This document shows positions 19,194 to 28,202 of a stretch of 64,000 bases of DNA, in pieces; position 1 is the first letter of the stretch, and every line of letters begins with the position of its first letter. The translations under genes were made by a program, and so were the position numbers. Source of the stretch: an uncultured Gemmatimonadales bacterium. GTDB lineage: Bacteria; Gemmatimonadota; Gemmatimonadetes; Longimicrobiales; RSA9. The notes beneath the pieces are model-generated. The model was not told the DNA's origin, made no database searches, and saw only the letters and a list, made by a program, of their open reading frames with translations. The stretch spans positions 2,464,001 to 2,528,000 of the forward strand of contig OY970192.1 of NCBI GenBank assembly GCA_963708135.1. Direction: 5' to 3'.

Positions 19194-21383
19194 CTACCGC
19201 CCTCCCGCCGCCTTCCCGCCGAGCCCGAACTGCCGGTCGAAGAACGCCACCGTCGCGTGGTCCGCGGTGATCCAGGAGGCGTGGCGCAGGAAGCCGTGGA
19301 TCTCGTCGGGGAGCACGAGCTCCTGGAAGGGGATGCCGTGGGCGCGGAGCCGCTGGGCGAGGTCGACGGTCTGGTGGAACTGGACGTTGCGGTCGTCGTC
19401 GCCCTGGATGAGCAGCACGGGGCTGGTCCAGCTGTCGATCGAGGCCACGGGCGAGGACTCCCAGGCGACGCGCTCGGCCTCGGCGCGGTCGCCCTGCTCG
19501 TAGCCGGAGGCCCCGAGCCGGCGCCCCGCGTCGGAGACCCAGTTGTGCACCCCGTGCAGATCCACCCCGGCGGCGAAGATGTCGGAGTTGCGGGCGAGGG
19601 CCATGGCGGTGAGGAAGCCGCCGTAGGAGCCGCCCCAGATGCCGACGCGTTGGGGATCGACCTCCGGCAGGTCGGCCAGGTACTTCCCGCCGGCCTTCAC
19701 GTCCAGGTACTCGGAGGCGCCCCACGGGCCGGCGTGCTCCGGGTGGTGGAACTCGTGGCCGTAGCCGATGCCCAGCCGGTAGTTCACGGACATGACCACG
19801 TAGCCGTGGTTGGCCAGGAACTGGTTCACGGCATAGCCGTTCGTGTAGTAGTCCATGTAGTGCCAGCCGAGCAGCATCTGCCGCGGCGGCCCGCCATGGA
19901 CGAAGATCACGCCCGGCTTCCGGGCCGGCCCGCCGGCGCGCTCGAAGAGCTGGCCGTGCACCTCGGTGCCGTCGGCGGCGTGGAAGATGACCTGCTTCGG
20001 CACGACCAGGGAGGCGGTGGGGAAGTCCGCCGGAATCCGGTCCGCGCCGACCGCCACCGGCTTCCCGCCCGCCGCGTCCATCACCTTCGGCAGCGGCGGC
20101 TCCCTGGCGCCCGCGCCGATGAAGGCGACCTTCGCGCCGTCGCCCGTCACGGCCGGCGTCCACTCGATGCCCTCCCCCGCCGTGAGCACCTGCGGCGCCG
20201 CTCGGTCCACCGGCACGCGCACAATGTGACGCCGGTCAATGTCGGTGGGCAGCGGCCCCTCGTTGCCGCAGAAGTAGAGGTACTTCCGGTCGGGGCTCAT
20301 CGAGACGTACTCGGCCATCCCCTTCCCCGGCGTGAGCAGCATCGGGTCGCCACCCGATGCGGGGATCGAGTAGAGGTGCGGCCAGCCGTCCAGGTCCGCG
20401 AGGAAGACCAGCCGGTCGCCCGCCGCCCAGTCCAGGTTCGGTCCGCCCTCCGTGGTCGGGACCGAGCCGCGCAGCGTCGCCGGGCTCGCCCACACCTCGT
20501 GCCCCTCGCCCGTCGCCACGTCCGCCGTCCAGATCGACCACGGCCGCGGCGTCAGCTGCAGCAGCGGCTCCGGCGCGCCGCCCGCGCCGGCCATCCGCAC
20601 GAACGCGATCCGCTTGCCGTCCGGCGACCAGTGCGGCATGCGGTCCCGGCCGGTCGACGGCGCCAGCCACTCGAGCGGCGTCGAGTCGTTCCGGAAGACG
20701 CCGACGAAGGAGTGGTCGCCCCGGTTCGACACGAACGCCAGCGCGCTGCCGTCCGGCGAGAATACCGGCGAGTCCACGCCGCCGCGCGAGAAGAACAGCC
20801 GCTTGCCGGCCGAGGAGCCGTCCAGCGGCATGCTCCAGAGCGCCCGCCCCTTCTCGTAGACCACCACGTCACCCTTCGGCGAGACGACCGGCGCATCGCC
20901 GTCCGCCAGCAGCTTCGGCGCGCCGCCCGCCGCCGGCACGGCCCAGATCTCCACCTTCGGCTGCACCGGGCTCGACGTCGGGTCCGGCGGCAGGTTGCCC
21001 TCCGCCTGCCAGTTCGAGTCGTGGTCCCCCCCGCGCACGTATACCACCGTGGCGCCGTCCGGCGAGAACGACAGGCTCGTCAGCTCCTGCCCATCGTCCT
21101 CCGTGTACGGCGTCACCTTGCGCGCCTTCCAGTCCGGCGCCTCCGCGACGTAGATGTTGCGGACCCCCTGCTCGTTGAAGACCCAGGCGATCCGCTCCCC
21201 CGTCGGCGCCGCCACCACCTCCTGCGGGTACGGATAGCTCAGCACCTGGTCGAGCGTGAACGAGCCGCCCCGCTGCGCCGCCACGGGCGCCGCGAGGAGC
21301 AGCAGCAGCGGCAGCACGGCACCGGGCCGGGCCCCCTGGACCGGGCGGCGCCCGACGCGCGCCGCGGCCTTCGACTTGGCCAT
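19194..21383 (-). CDS. S9 family peptidase (beta-propeller plus prolyl oligopeptidase domain), exported
   Basis: HGGP, GGSYGG, GDDDRNV, DEIHGF; SPDG repeats; signal peptide. Confidence 0.93.
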   Translation of the reverse strand: MAKSKAAARVGRRPVQGARPGAVLPLLLLLAAPVAAQRGGSFTLDQVLSYPYPQEVVAAPTGERIAWVFNEQGVRNIYVAEAPDWKARKVTPYTEDDGQELTSLSFSPDGATVVYVRGGDHDSNWQAEGNLPPDPTSSPVQPKVEIWAVPAAGGAPKLLADGDAPVVSPKGDVVVYEKGRALWSMPLDGSSAGKRLFFSRGGVDSPVFSPDGSALAFVSNRGDHSFVGVFRNDSTPLEWLAPSTGRDRMPHWSPDGKRIAFVRMAGAGGAPEPLLQLTPRPWSIWTADVATGEGHEVWASPATLRGSVPTTEGGPNLDWAAGDRLVFLADLDGWPHLYSIPASGGDPMLLTPGKGMAEYVSMSPDRKYLYFCGNEGPLPTDIDRRHIVRVPVDRAAPQVLTAGEGIEWTPAVTGDGAKVAFIGAGAREPPLPKVMDAAGGKPVAVGADRIPADFPTASLVVPKQVIFHAADGTEVHGQLFERAGGPARKPGVIFVHGGPPRQMLLGWHYMDYYTNGYAVNQFLANHGYVVMSVNYRLGIGYGHEFHHPEHAGPWGASEYLDVKAGGKYLADLPEVDPQRVGIWGGSYGGFLTAMALARNSDIFAAGVDLHGVHNWVSDAGRRLGASGYEQGDRAEAERVAWESSPVASIDSWTSPVLLIQGDDDRNVQFHQTVDLAQRLRAHGIPFQELVLPDEIHGFLRHASWITADHATVAFFDRQFGLGGKAAGGR

Positions 21384-21711
21384 CGCGGAGTCTCCTTCTA
21401 CGGTTGTATACAGGCAGGACCCGCAAAGTAGGCACTCCCCCCGCCCCCCGGCAACCAGTCACCACCACCACCCCCTCGCGATCCCCATCCCGCATCCCGT
21501 CCATCACCCATTGACGCCCGGCAGATTTTCGTCACCTTTGGACGGCGGGACATGCCCCGGCGCACGACGGGACACTCGCCGCCGAACGGCGGACGCGCCC
21601 CGCGGGCGCCGGAGAACCCGCCGACGCAGCCGCGCACGAACGAATCCGCCTCCGGCACTGTCCAACGGGATGGCGGCGCGCGGCGCGCCGGCCCTCGCCC
21701 TGGAACCTACG

Positions 21712-23463
21712 ATGGGAGCCCTCAGGCGCATGACCCTCCGCCACCTGCTCGATGAGCTGAAGCGCCGCCACGTGCCTCGCGTGGTGGGCGCCTATGCCGT
21801 CGCGGCGTGGGCGGCGGTGGAGGTCACCTCGACGGTCTTCCCGCTGCTCGGCCTGCCGCAGTGGGCGGCCACGGCGGTCGTGGTGCTCGCGCTGCTCGGC
21901 TTCCCCGTAACCCTGGCGCTGGCGTGGATCTTCGACATCACGCCCCAGGGCGTACGCCGCACCGCGTTAACGGCTGCCCCGTCAGGCGACGTCGCCACCG
22001 CGGACCTCCCGCCCGCCTCAGCGGCCCCGGCGGCCGCGGGTCCCCCGCCGGCCGATGCGGGCGGCGCACGCCGCTCGCTCGGCTTCTTCGGCTTCGGCAT
22101 CCTGGTGGCGCTCGTCGCCTTCGCGGCGTACGCCCGCCTCCGCCCCGGCGCTGAAGAGCCCGCGTCGGCCGGCGGGATCCGCTCGACCGCGGTGCTGCCC
22201 TTCATCGACCTGAGCGCGCGCCACGACCAGGAGTACTTCAGCGACGGCATCACGGAGGAGCTGCTGAACCGGCTCGCGCAGGTCGACGGGCTGCGCGTCG
22301 CGGCGCGCACGTCCTCCTTCGCCTTCAAGGGAAAGAACGAGGACATCAGCGAGATCGGCAGGCAGCTGCGGGTCGAGGGCGTGCTGGAGGGCAGCATGCG
22401 GGTGGACGGCGACCGCGTCCGCATCACCGCCCAGCTGGTGGATGCGCGCACCGGCTACCACCTCTGGTCCCGCGACTTCGACCGCACCCGGCAGGGCGTG
22501 CTGGAGGTGCAGGACGAGATCGCGGGCGCCATCGTGGGCGCGCTGCGCATGCAGTTCGCCGGCGGCACGGCCATGGATGCGGCCGTGGCCGCGGGCGAGC
22601 CGGTCGGAACCCGCGACGTCCGCGCGCACGACCTCTATCTTCTCGGCCTCGCCCGCTGGCACGAGCGCACGAACGCGAACCTGCGCCTCGCGCTGGATGC
22701 GTTCCAGCAGGCGGTCGCGATCGATTCCAGCTACGCGCTCGCCTGGGCGGGCATCGCGCAGACCTACGCCGTGCTGCCCGCCTACGGCGGCTTCCCGGTG
22801 GGCGAGGCGGTCGCCCGAGGGACGGCGGCCGCCGCCCGCGCCCTCGCCCTGAACGCGGGCGTGGCGGAGGCGCACGCCGCCCTCGGCCAGATCGCCCAGA
22901 ACCTCGAGTGGGACCTGCCCTCGGCGGAGGAGGACTACCGCCGCGCCGTGGCCTTCAAGCCGGCGTACGCCACCGCCCACCAGTGGTACGGCGAGACGCT
23001 GCTCATGCTCGGGCGGCTGGACGAGGCGGACGCCGAGTTCCGCCACGCGCTCGAGCTCGACCCCCTCTCGCCGTTTGCCCTGGCCGGCCGTGCCTACGAG
23101 CTCGACCTGCGCGGCCAGCTCGAGGCCGCCCGCGCCGCCAACGCCGCGCTGTCGGAGCGCAACCCCGACTTCGCGGTCGGGCAGCTCCTCGCCCTCTTCT
23201 TCGACCTCCAGACCCACCGCTGGGAGGACGCCGGCGCCGCCGCGGCCCATGCCTTCCGCGACGACACGACGGCGGCGGCAGCCGCCGCCACCATCATCGA
23301 CGGAGTCCGCGACCCGGGCCGCCGCGCCGCCGGCGTCGCCGCCCGCAGCGACGCGAACTTCGCCTTCCTGCTGGTGCACCCGCTGCTCGCCCCGCTCCGC
23401 ACCGATCCGCGCTTCCGCGCCATCGCGGACTCCGTCGGCGTCAGCTTCGCCTCCTCCTCCTGA
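21712..23463 (+). CDS. Membrane-anchored TolB-N-like/TPR protein
   Basis: ELKRRHVPRV N-terminus with TM helices, AVLPFIDLS..QEYFSDGITEELLNRL..VAARTSSF, TPRs, LRTDPRF C-terminus. Confidence 0.85.
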   Translation: MGALRRMTLRHLLDELKRRHVPRVVGAYAVAAWAAVEVTSTVFPLLGLPQWAATAVVVLALLGFPVTLALAWIFDITPQGVRRTALTAAPSGDVATADLPPASAAPAAAGPPPADAGGARRSLGFFGFGILVALVAFAAYARLRPGAEEPASAGGIRSTAVLPFIDLSARHDQEYFSDGITEELLNRLAQVDGLRVAARTSSFAFKGKNEDISEIGRQLRVEGVLEGSMRVDGDRVRITAQLVDARTGYHLWSRDFDRTRQGVLEVQDEIAGAIVGALRMQFAGGTAMDAAVAAGEPVGTRDVRAHDLYLLGLARWHERTNANLRLALDAFQQAVAIDSSYALAWAGIAQTYAVLPAYGGFPVGEAVARGTAAAARALALNAGVAEAHAALGQIAQNLEWDLPSAEEDYRRAVAFKPAYATAHQWYGETLLMLGRLDEADAEFRHALELDPLSPFALAGRAYELDLRGQLEAARAANAALSERNPDFAVGQLLALFFDLQTHRWEDAGAAAAHAFRDDTTAAAAAATIIDGVRDPGRRAAGVAARSDANFAFLLVHPLLAPLRTDPRFRAIADSVGVSFASSS

Positions 23464-23545
23464 ACCTCCCCCTGAACCCACCCCTGCCTTCCGTTTCTGC
23501 CCCTGCCCCCACTCCTGCGCTCGAGCCCTGCCCCTGAACCTGCGG
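23461..23545. repeat. Dispersed repeat family B copy (hexamer tract with 31-bp core)
   Basis: CCTGAACCCACCCCTGCCTTCCGTTTCTGCC at 23471-23501. Confidence 0.8.
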
Positions 23546-23627
23546 ACCGGCCCCTCCCCTACCGGCGGTACGATCCTTGTACTACGATCCATGCGGTCGA
23601 TCGCGGCTTTACCAGAGGAGACCCCCC

Positions 23628-24836
23628 GTGCCTTCGATGTCCCGCGCCGCAGCGCGTCGCGTGCTCCCGGACCGTCCGTCCCGTGCGCGTGTCCCCGCGC
23701 CGCTCCTGCTCGCCGTCATTACCGGCTCTCTCGCCCTCGCCGGCTGCCTGCCGAAAGCCAAGGCCGAGGAGCCAGAGTCCGCGCCCGTCGCGGCCACCGC
23801 GCCGCAGGACACGGGGCGCACCGCGACGCCACGGCCACCGGAGAAGAAGCCAGCCGCGGAGCCGAAGCCGACGCCGCCGCCCGCCCCTGCGCCCAGGCCG
23901 GCCGCGCCGAAGCCCGAGCCCAAGCCCGCGCCGAAGCCGGCGCCGGTCGAGCCGAAGCCCGCCGAGCCGAAGCCCGCGGCGCCCGCGGCCGCGCGTGTGG
24001 GGCCGCCCCCGCCGGCGCTGCCGGCCGCGGAGCGGGAGCGGCTGGCGCGCGAGGCGGTGCTGCCGCGACGCCGCATCGTGGCCTACTACGGGACACCGCT
24101 GTCGAGGGGCATGGGGATCCTGGGCGAGCTGCCGCCGAAGGAGATGCTGGCCAGGCTGAAGGCCACGGTGGCCGAGTGGCAGAAGGCGGATCCGTCCACG
24201 CCCGTCGTGCCGGCGCTCCAGGTGATCGTCAGCGCGGCCGCGGGCACGCCTGGGCCGGAGGGGAAGTATCGGACGCGCGCTCCGGCCAGGGTGATCCAGG
24301 AGGTGATCGACTGGGCCGACAGCATCCATGGGCTGGTCTTCCTCGACATCCAGCCCGGGCATAGCACCGTACAGGAGGAGCTGCCGCGGCTGATCCCCTA
24401 CCTGCTCCGGCCGAACGTGCACCTCGCGCTCGACCCCGAGTGGAACATGCCGCCCGGCGTGAAGCCGGCCGAGAAGATCGGCACAATGGACGCGAGCACC
24501 ATCAACTACGCCGTGGACCTCCTGGCCAAGCTCGTCCAGGCCCGCGACCTGCCGCCCAAGATCCTGGTCGTGCACCGCTTCACGCACCATATGGTGACGA
24601 ACGTGGAGGACGTGCAGGACAACGACCCTCGCGTGCAGGTCGTGCTCGACATGGACGGCTGGGGACCGCCCACTCTCAAGCGCTCCAGCTACCGCGACTA
24701 CGTCGCCCGCGCGCCGATCGACCTGAAGGGATTCAAGCTCTTCTACAAGAACGACCGCAAGGGCGACTCCCGCATGATGACGCCGGCCGAGGTGCTCGCG
24801 CTCAAGCCGGCGCCGATCTACATCCAGTACCAGTAA
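23628..24836 (+). CDS. Lipoprotein with a Pro/Ala/Lys/Glu linker and a C-terminal alpha/beta domain of unknown function
   Basis: AGAGGAG RBS then GTG; LAGC lipobox; RIVAYYG.P..MGILGE, FLDIQPG, VHLALDPEW, DMDGWG, GFKLFY. Confidence 0.8.
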   Translation: MPSMSRAAARRVLPDRPSRARVPAPLLLAVITGSLALAGCLPKAKAEEPESAPVAATAPQDTGRTATPRPPEKKPAAEPKPTPPPAPAPRPAAPKPEPKPAPKPAPVEPKPAEPKPAAPAAARVGPPPPALPAAERERLAREAVLPRRRIVAYYGTPLSRGMGILGELPPKEMLARLKATVAEWQKADPSTPVVPALQVIVSAAAGTPGPEGKYRTRAPARVIQEVIDWADSIHGLVFLDIQPGHSTVQEELPRLIPYLLRPNVHLALDPEWNMPPGVKPAEKIGTMDASTINYAVDLLAKLVQARDLPPKILVVHRFTHHMVTNVEDVQDNDPRVQVVLDMDGWGPPTLKRSSYRDYVARAPIDLKGFKLFYKNDRKGDSRMMTPAEVLALKPAPIYIQYQ

Positions 24837-24843
24837 ACAGCCA

Positions 24844-25113
24844 AACGGCGGCACGACCAACGACGGCACGACCTACTGCGGCACGACCAACGGCGGCACG
24901 ACCTACTGCGGCGCCAACTGACGGCGGCACGACCAACGGCGGCACGCCCGGCGGGACGCCATCTCGTCCCACCACCAGGTCAGCGGTGCCCGACATTGGT
25001 GGTGCCCAGTAACTCCTGCCGCAGTAAACCGCATTAAGTGGTGCCGCAGATAAGCCCTGGCGCAGTAGGTCGTGCCGCCGTAAGTCGTGCCGCCGCTACG
25101 TCGTGCCGCCTTG
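24844..25113. repeat. Inverted array of 15-bp tandem units between convergent genes
   Basis: Seven units of (AACGG/TACTG)CGGCACGACC on the left; at least three inverted units (GTCGTGCCGCC) plus degenerate ones on the right. Confidence 0.9.
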
Positions 25114-25141
25114 ACTCGTGCGCTCCGCACGAACGTGCCCT

Positions 25142-26137
25142 TCAACGCAGGAACCGCCTGAACCATTCCGTGGCCCGGTGCACGTATTCCTCGGGCAGGC
25201 GGTGGCCGGTGTCGTAGAGGTGCAGATCCTTGTCGGGTGAGGCAAGGAGGGAGAACACGTCGCGCGCCTGCGCGGGGGTGTACCATCCGTCCTTCGTGCC
25301 CATCAGCATGAGCAGCGGCGAGTGCACTCGCGGCGCGAAGTCCTCGATGCGGAGCACCGGCGAGACCTTGGTGATCGGCGCGAGCCCCGCCACCGTCGCC
25401 TTCACCCGCGGCTCGAGGGCCGCCAGGTACCAGGCGATCATCCCACCCATGCTGAGCCCCAGCACTCCGACCCGCGCGGTGTCGAGCGTCGGCTGGGTGG
25501 CGATCCAGTCGAGCAGCCGGCGGTGCTCGATCGTCGCCTGCACCACCATGTCTCGCGCGATGGTCGGCGAGTAGATGAGGGCCTCCGCGCTGCGGAAGTC
25601 GTTGGCCTCGATCCGCTCGCCCGCGTACGGCGCGTCGATCGCGACGACGGCGTAGCCGGCCGCCAGCAGCGAGTCCGTCGCGCTCTTCCCCCGCGGCCAT
25701 GAATCCGCCGTCCACCAGCGCTCCTTCCAGCCGCCCACGCCGTCGATCTCGACCACCACGGGGTAGGGCGCCTTCCCGTGCGCCGGCAGCCCCAGCAGCC
25801 CGGGCACACGGCTGCCGCGCCAGCCGTCGAAGGCGAACTTCACCCGCGTCCAGTCCGCCGTCCGCACCGTGTCGATCGTCACGGCGTGCAGCGCCAGCGT
25901 GTCGTCGTAGGTGAAGAAGTCGGAGAGGATGCGGAACGCCTGGTCCCCGATCGGGGGCGGCACCGCCGCGCTGTCGGCCGCCGCCGCCCCGCGCCGCTGC
26001 GCCGCCGCCGGCCCCGCGGCGCCGAGCAGCACCACGGCGGCGAGAGCGGCCACGCACGCCCGGCGTATCGCCGCCGGCGGCGGTGAGCCCACGGCCCGGA
26101 GCGGAGCGGCCCCGGGCCGGCACGCGCTACTGCTCAT
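25142..26137 (-). CDS. Exported alpha/beta hydrolase (esterase-like)
   Basis: GLSMGG nucleophile elbow, GTKD, DTGH; signal-peptide-like segment. Start uncertain. Confidence 0.8.
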   Translation of the reverse strand: MSSSACRPGAAPLRAVGSPPPAAIRRACVAALAAVVLLGAAGPAAAQRRGAAAADSAAVPPPIGDQAFRILSDFFTYDDTLALHAVTIDTVRTADWTRVKFAFDGWRGSRVPGLLGLPAHGKAPYPVVVEIDGVGGWKERWWTADSWPRGKSATDSLLAAGYAVVAIDAPYAGERIEANDFRSAEALIYSPTIARDMVVQATIEHRRLLDWIATQPTLDTARVGVLGLSMGGMIAWYLAALEPRVKATVAGLAPITKVSPVLRIEDFAPRVHSPLLMLMGTKDGWYTPAQARDVFSLLASPDKDLHLYDTGHRLPEEYVHRATEWFRRFLR

Positions 26138-26648
26138 CCGCGGACGGCCCGTAGAGTCCCGGCACCGGCACGTCGAGCAGCCGGAGATACACGGTGAGCT
26201 GCGCGCGGTGGTGGATCATGTGGTTCGCGCAGAAGGCGCGCAGCGTGTCCAGCCGCGACCAGGAGAGCACCACCCGCTCGCCCACGCGCAGCGTCCAGGT
26301 GTCCTCGAGCGCCTCGTCGCGGAGCGTGGCGAGCGCCTCACGGAGCTCCGCCACGTTCCTGTCGAACCGCGCCACCAGGGCTTCAGCGCTCTCCGGGATC
26401 GTGCGGTCGAGCGCGACCACCGCCAGGTCGATCTCATCCCGCTGGACGGTCATGACGCCCCACCAGGCGAGGTTCGCCACGTGCACCGCCAGGTCGCCCA
26501 GCGTGTACGACTTCTCGTGCGGCCGCCAGTCCGCCCGCTCCAGCGGGATGCGCTCGAGCACCCGCCGCGTCCCGGCCAGCTCCCGGCCCAGGTCCGAAAG
26601 CGCCGCCTGGCCGATCGGCCCGGCCGTGACCACCGCGTTCTCGCTCAT
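26127..26648 (-). CDS. DinB family protein
   Basis: WRPHEKSYTLGDLAVH...NHMIHHRAQLTVYLRLLDVPVPGLYGPSADE. Confidence 0.9.
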   Translation of the reverse strand: MSENAVVTAGPIGQAALSDLGRELAGTRRVLERIPLERADWRPHEKSYTLGDLAVHVANLAWWGVMTVQRDEIDLAVVALDRTIPESAEALVARFDRNVAELREALATLRDEALEDTWTLRVGERVVLSWSRLDTLRAFCANHMIHHRAQLTVYLRLLDVPVPGLYGPSADEQ

Positions 26649-27296
26649 CTGGTATCGTCCTCGCTCAGCTCGTAGTCCATGACATCGCGGACCGGCGCGT
26701 AGCCGATGCGCGGATAGATCGCGTTCGAGACGGGGTTGGAGAGGTCGCTCGCCGTTCGGCGTCTCCCCCACCACCACCGCCATCGCCACCGGCGCGCCGT
26801 CCGCCCACACGAACAGTGTCCGCCTCCGGATCGCCCGCTCCGCCGCGAAGCGCGGATCGGCCACCGGCAGGCGCGCCTCCCCTCCGAACGCCTCCATCCA
26901 CGAGGCGACGAGCCCCGCGTGCGCCGTCGCGGCCGCACGCATCTCCCCGACCGCCACCGGCTCCGGCGCCACCACCCGCTCCAGCCGATAGAGCCGGTAC
27001 ATGGCGCCAGGCCGCGCCCTGCCGCCCACCCGCGCCGTCCACAGGCGCGCGAACTCCGCCGCCGTGGCCTCGGGCGCGTACACGGCCGGAAGGGCTGGAT
27101 CGGCCGACGCCAGGTCGGCCACCAGCGCCGGCAGCGCCGCCGGCGACAGCTCCGTGAGCACCGGCTTCCGCGGCGGCGTCCGGATCGCGCATCCGAGCAC
27201 CGTCCCGGCCGCCTCCACGGTGGCCAGGTACGCCCGCGGGCGCCCCGCCGCCGGCCGGCTCCGCCGGGGCGGCAACCTGCCCGGAGGCCTCCACAC
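26645..27296 (-). pseudogene. GNAT acetyltransferase, internally deleted and frameshifted
   Basis: The N-part (..RTPP..LYRLERV..VGETPNG) and the C-part (DLSNPVSNAIYPRIGY) lie in different frames joined at about 26750; motif A is absent. Confidence 0.75.
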
Positions 27297-27299
27297 GCC

Positions 27300-28004
27300 T
27301 CAAGCGGCGCCCGCCGGCACGGCCGCGGCCGGCTCCCGCGCCGGCGCGGCGCGCGGCCCGCGCTTCCGCTCCAGCCATGCCACCACCGCCGCGAGCAGGA
27401 GATAGCTCGACAGCGCGGTGGTTGCGACCGCCGCCGGCGTGGGCGGCGGCGGGCCGTAGGCGCTGGCCACCTGGATCCCCGCGAGCACGACGCCGAAGAC
27501 GGGCATCGCCCAGCGCCCGGCGGGAGTGAGCGGCCGCGTCGCATTCATGTAGATCCAGAGGCCGACGAACAGGATCCCCAGCTCCAGCGGCCACTCCACC
27601 GCCGGGTGGTTCCACAGCCCCAGGCCGACCTTCGGCCCTCCCGGGTAGAGCAGCAGGTCCGGCCCGTGCACCAGCAGGTCCAGCACCCAGTGCGAGAACA
27701 CCGCCGCCCCCACCACCAGCGCCGAGCGCGCCGATCCCTGGCCGCGCCAGAGCCGGTAGGCCGTGAACGCCACCGCCGACCAGAAGAGGGAGCCCGGCAG
27801 GCTGTGCGTGTACGGCATCGAGTAGAGGTCCAGCGGGCTCATGGCCATGAACCCCGGCATGATGCGCACCTTCTCCACGCCCGTCATGACGAAGATCGAC
27901 CACATCACGTCCATGAGCTGCACGGCCAGGAACAGCACCCAGAGCGGCGGCCGCGGGTCCACCCGCTTCGACGCATAGGCCGGCCCGTAGTGCCCTGCGA
28001 ACAT
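27300..28004 (-). CDS. Membrane-bound metal-dependent hydrolase-like protein
   Basis: MFAGH, QLMD, PYTHSL, FSHWVLDLLVH motifs in a multi-TM protein. Confidence 0.8.
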   Translation of the reverse strand: MFAGHYGPAYASKRVDPRPPLWVLFLAVQLMDVMWSIFVMTGVEKVRIMPGFMAMSPLDLYSMPYTHSLPGSLFWSAVAFTAYRLWRGQGSARSALVVGAAVFSHWVLDLLVHGPDLLLYPGGPKVGLGLWNHPAVEWPLELGILFVGLWIYMNATRPLTPAGRWAMPVFGVVLAGIQVASAYGPPPPTPAAVATTALSSYLLLAAVVAWLERKRGPRAAPAREPAAAVPAGAA

Positions 28005-28202
28005 CGCGTACCTCCGATCCTTCGGGAAACGAGAGCGCTGCCGCAAAGCTGGCCACGGCACCCGCGCGCCGCAACGCCGCGGGCGCCGTCCCCCGAGGAC
28101 CGACCGCTCCCCGCCACCGCCTCTCGCCGCTCGGAGTTGCGTGCGCGGCCCGGGTCGCCAAATTTTCCGCGGTCATCCCCCGTGCATCCGTGAAGGAGAC
28201 CG

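Noticed and set aside
24844..24950. CRISPR array
   Set aside because: Units are 15 bp and contiguous, with no unique spacers and no cas genes.
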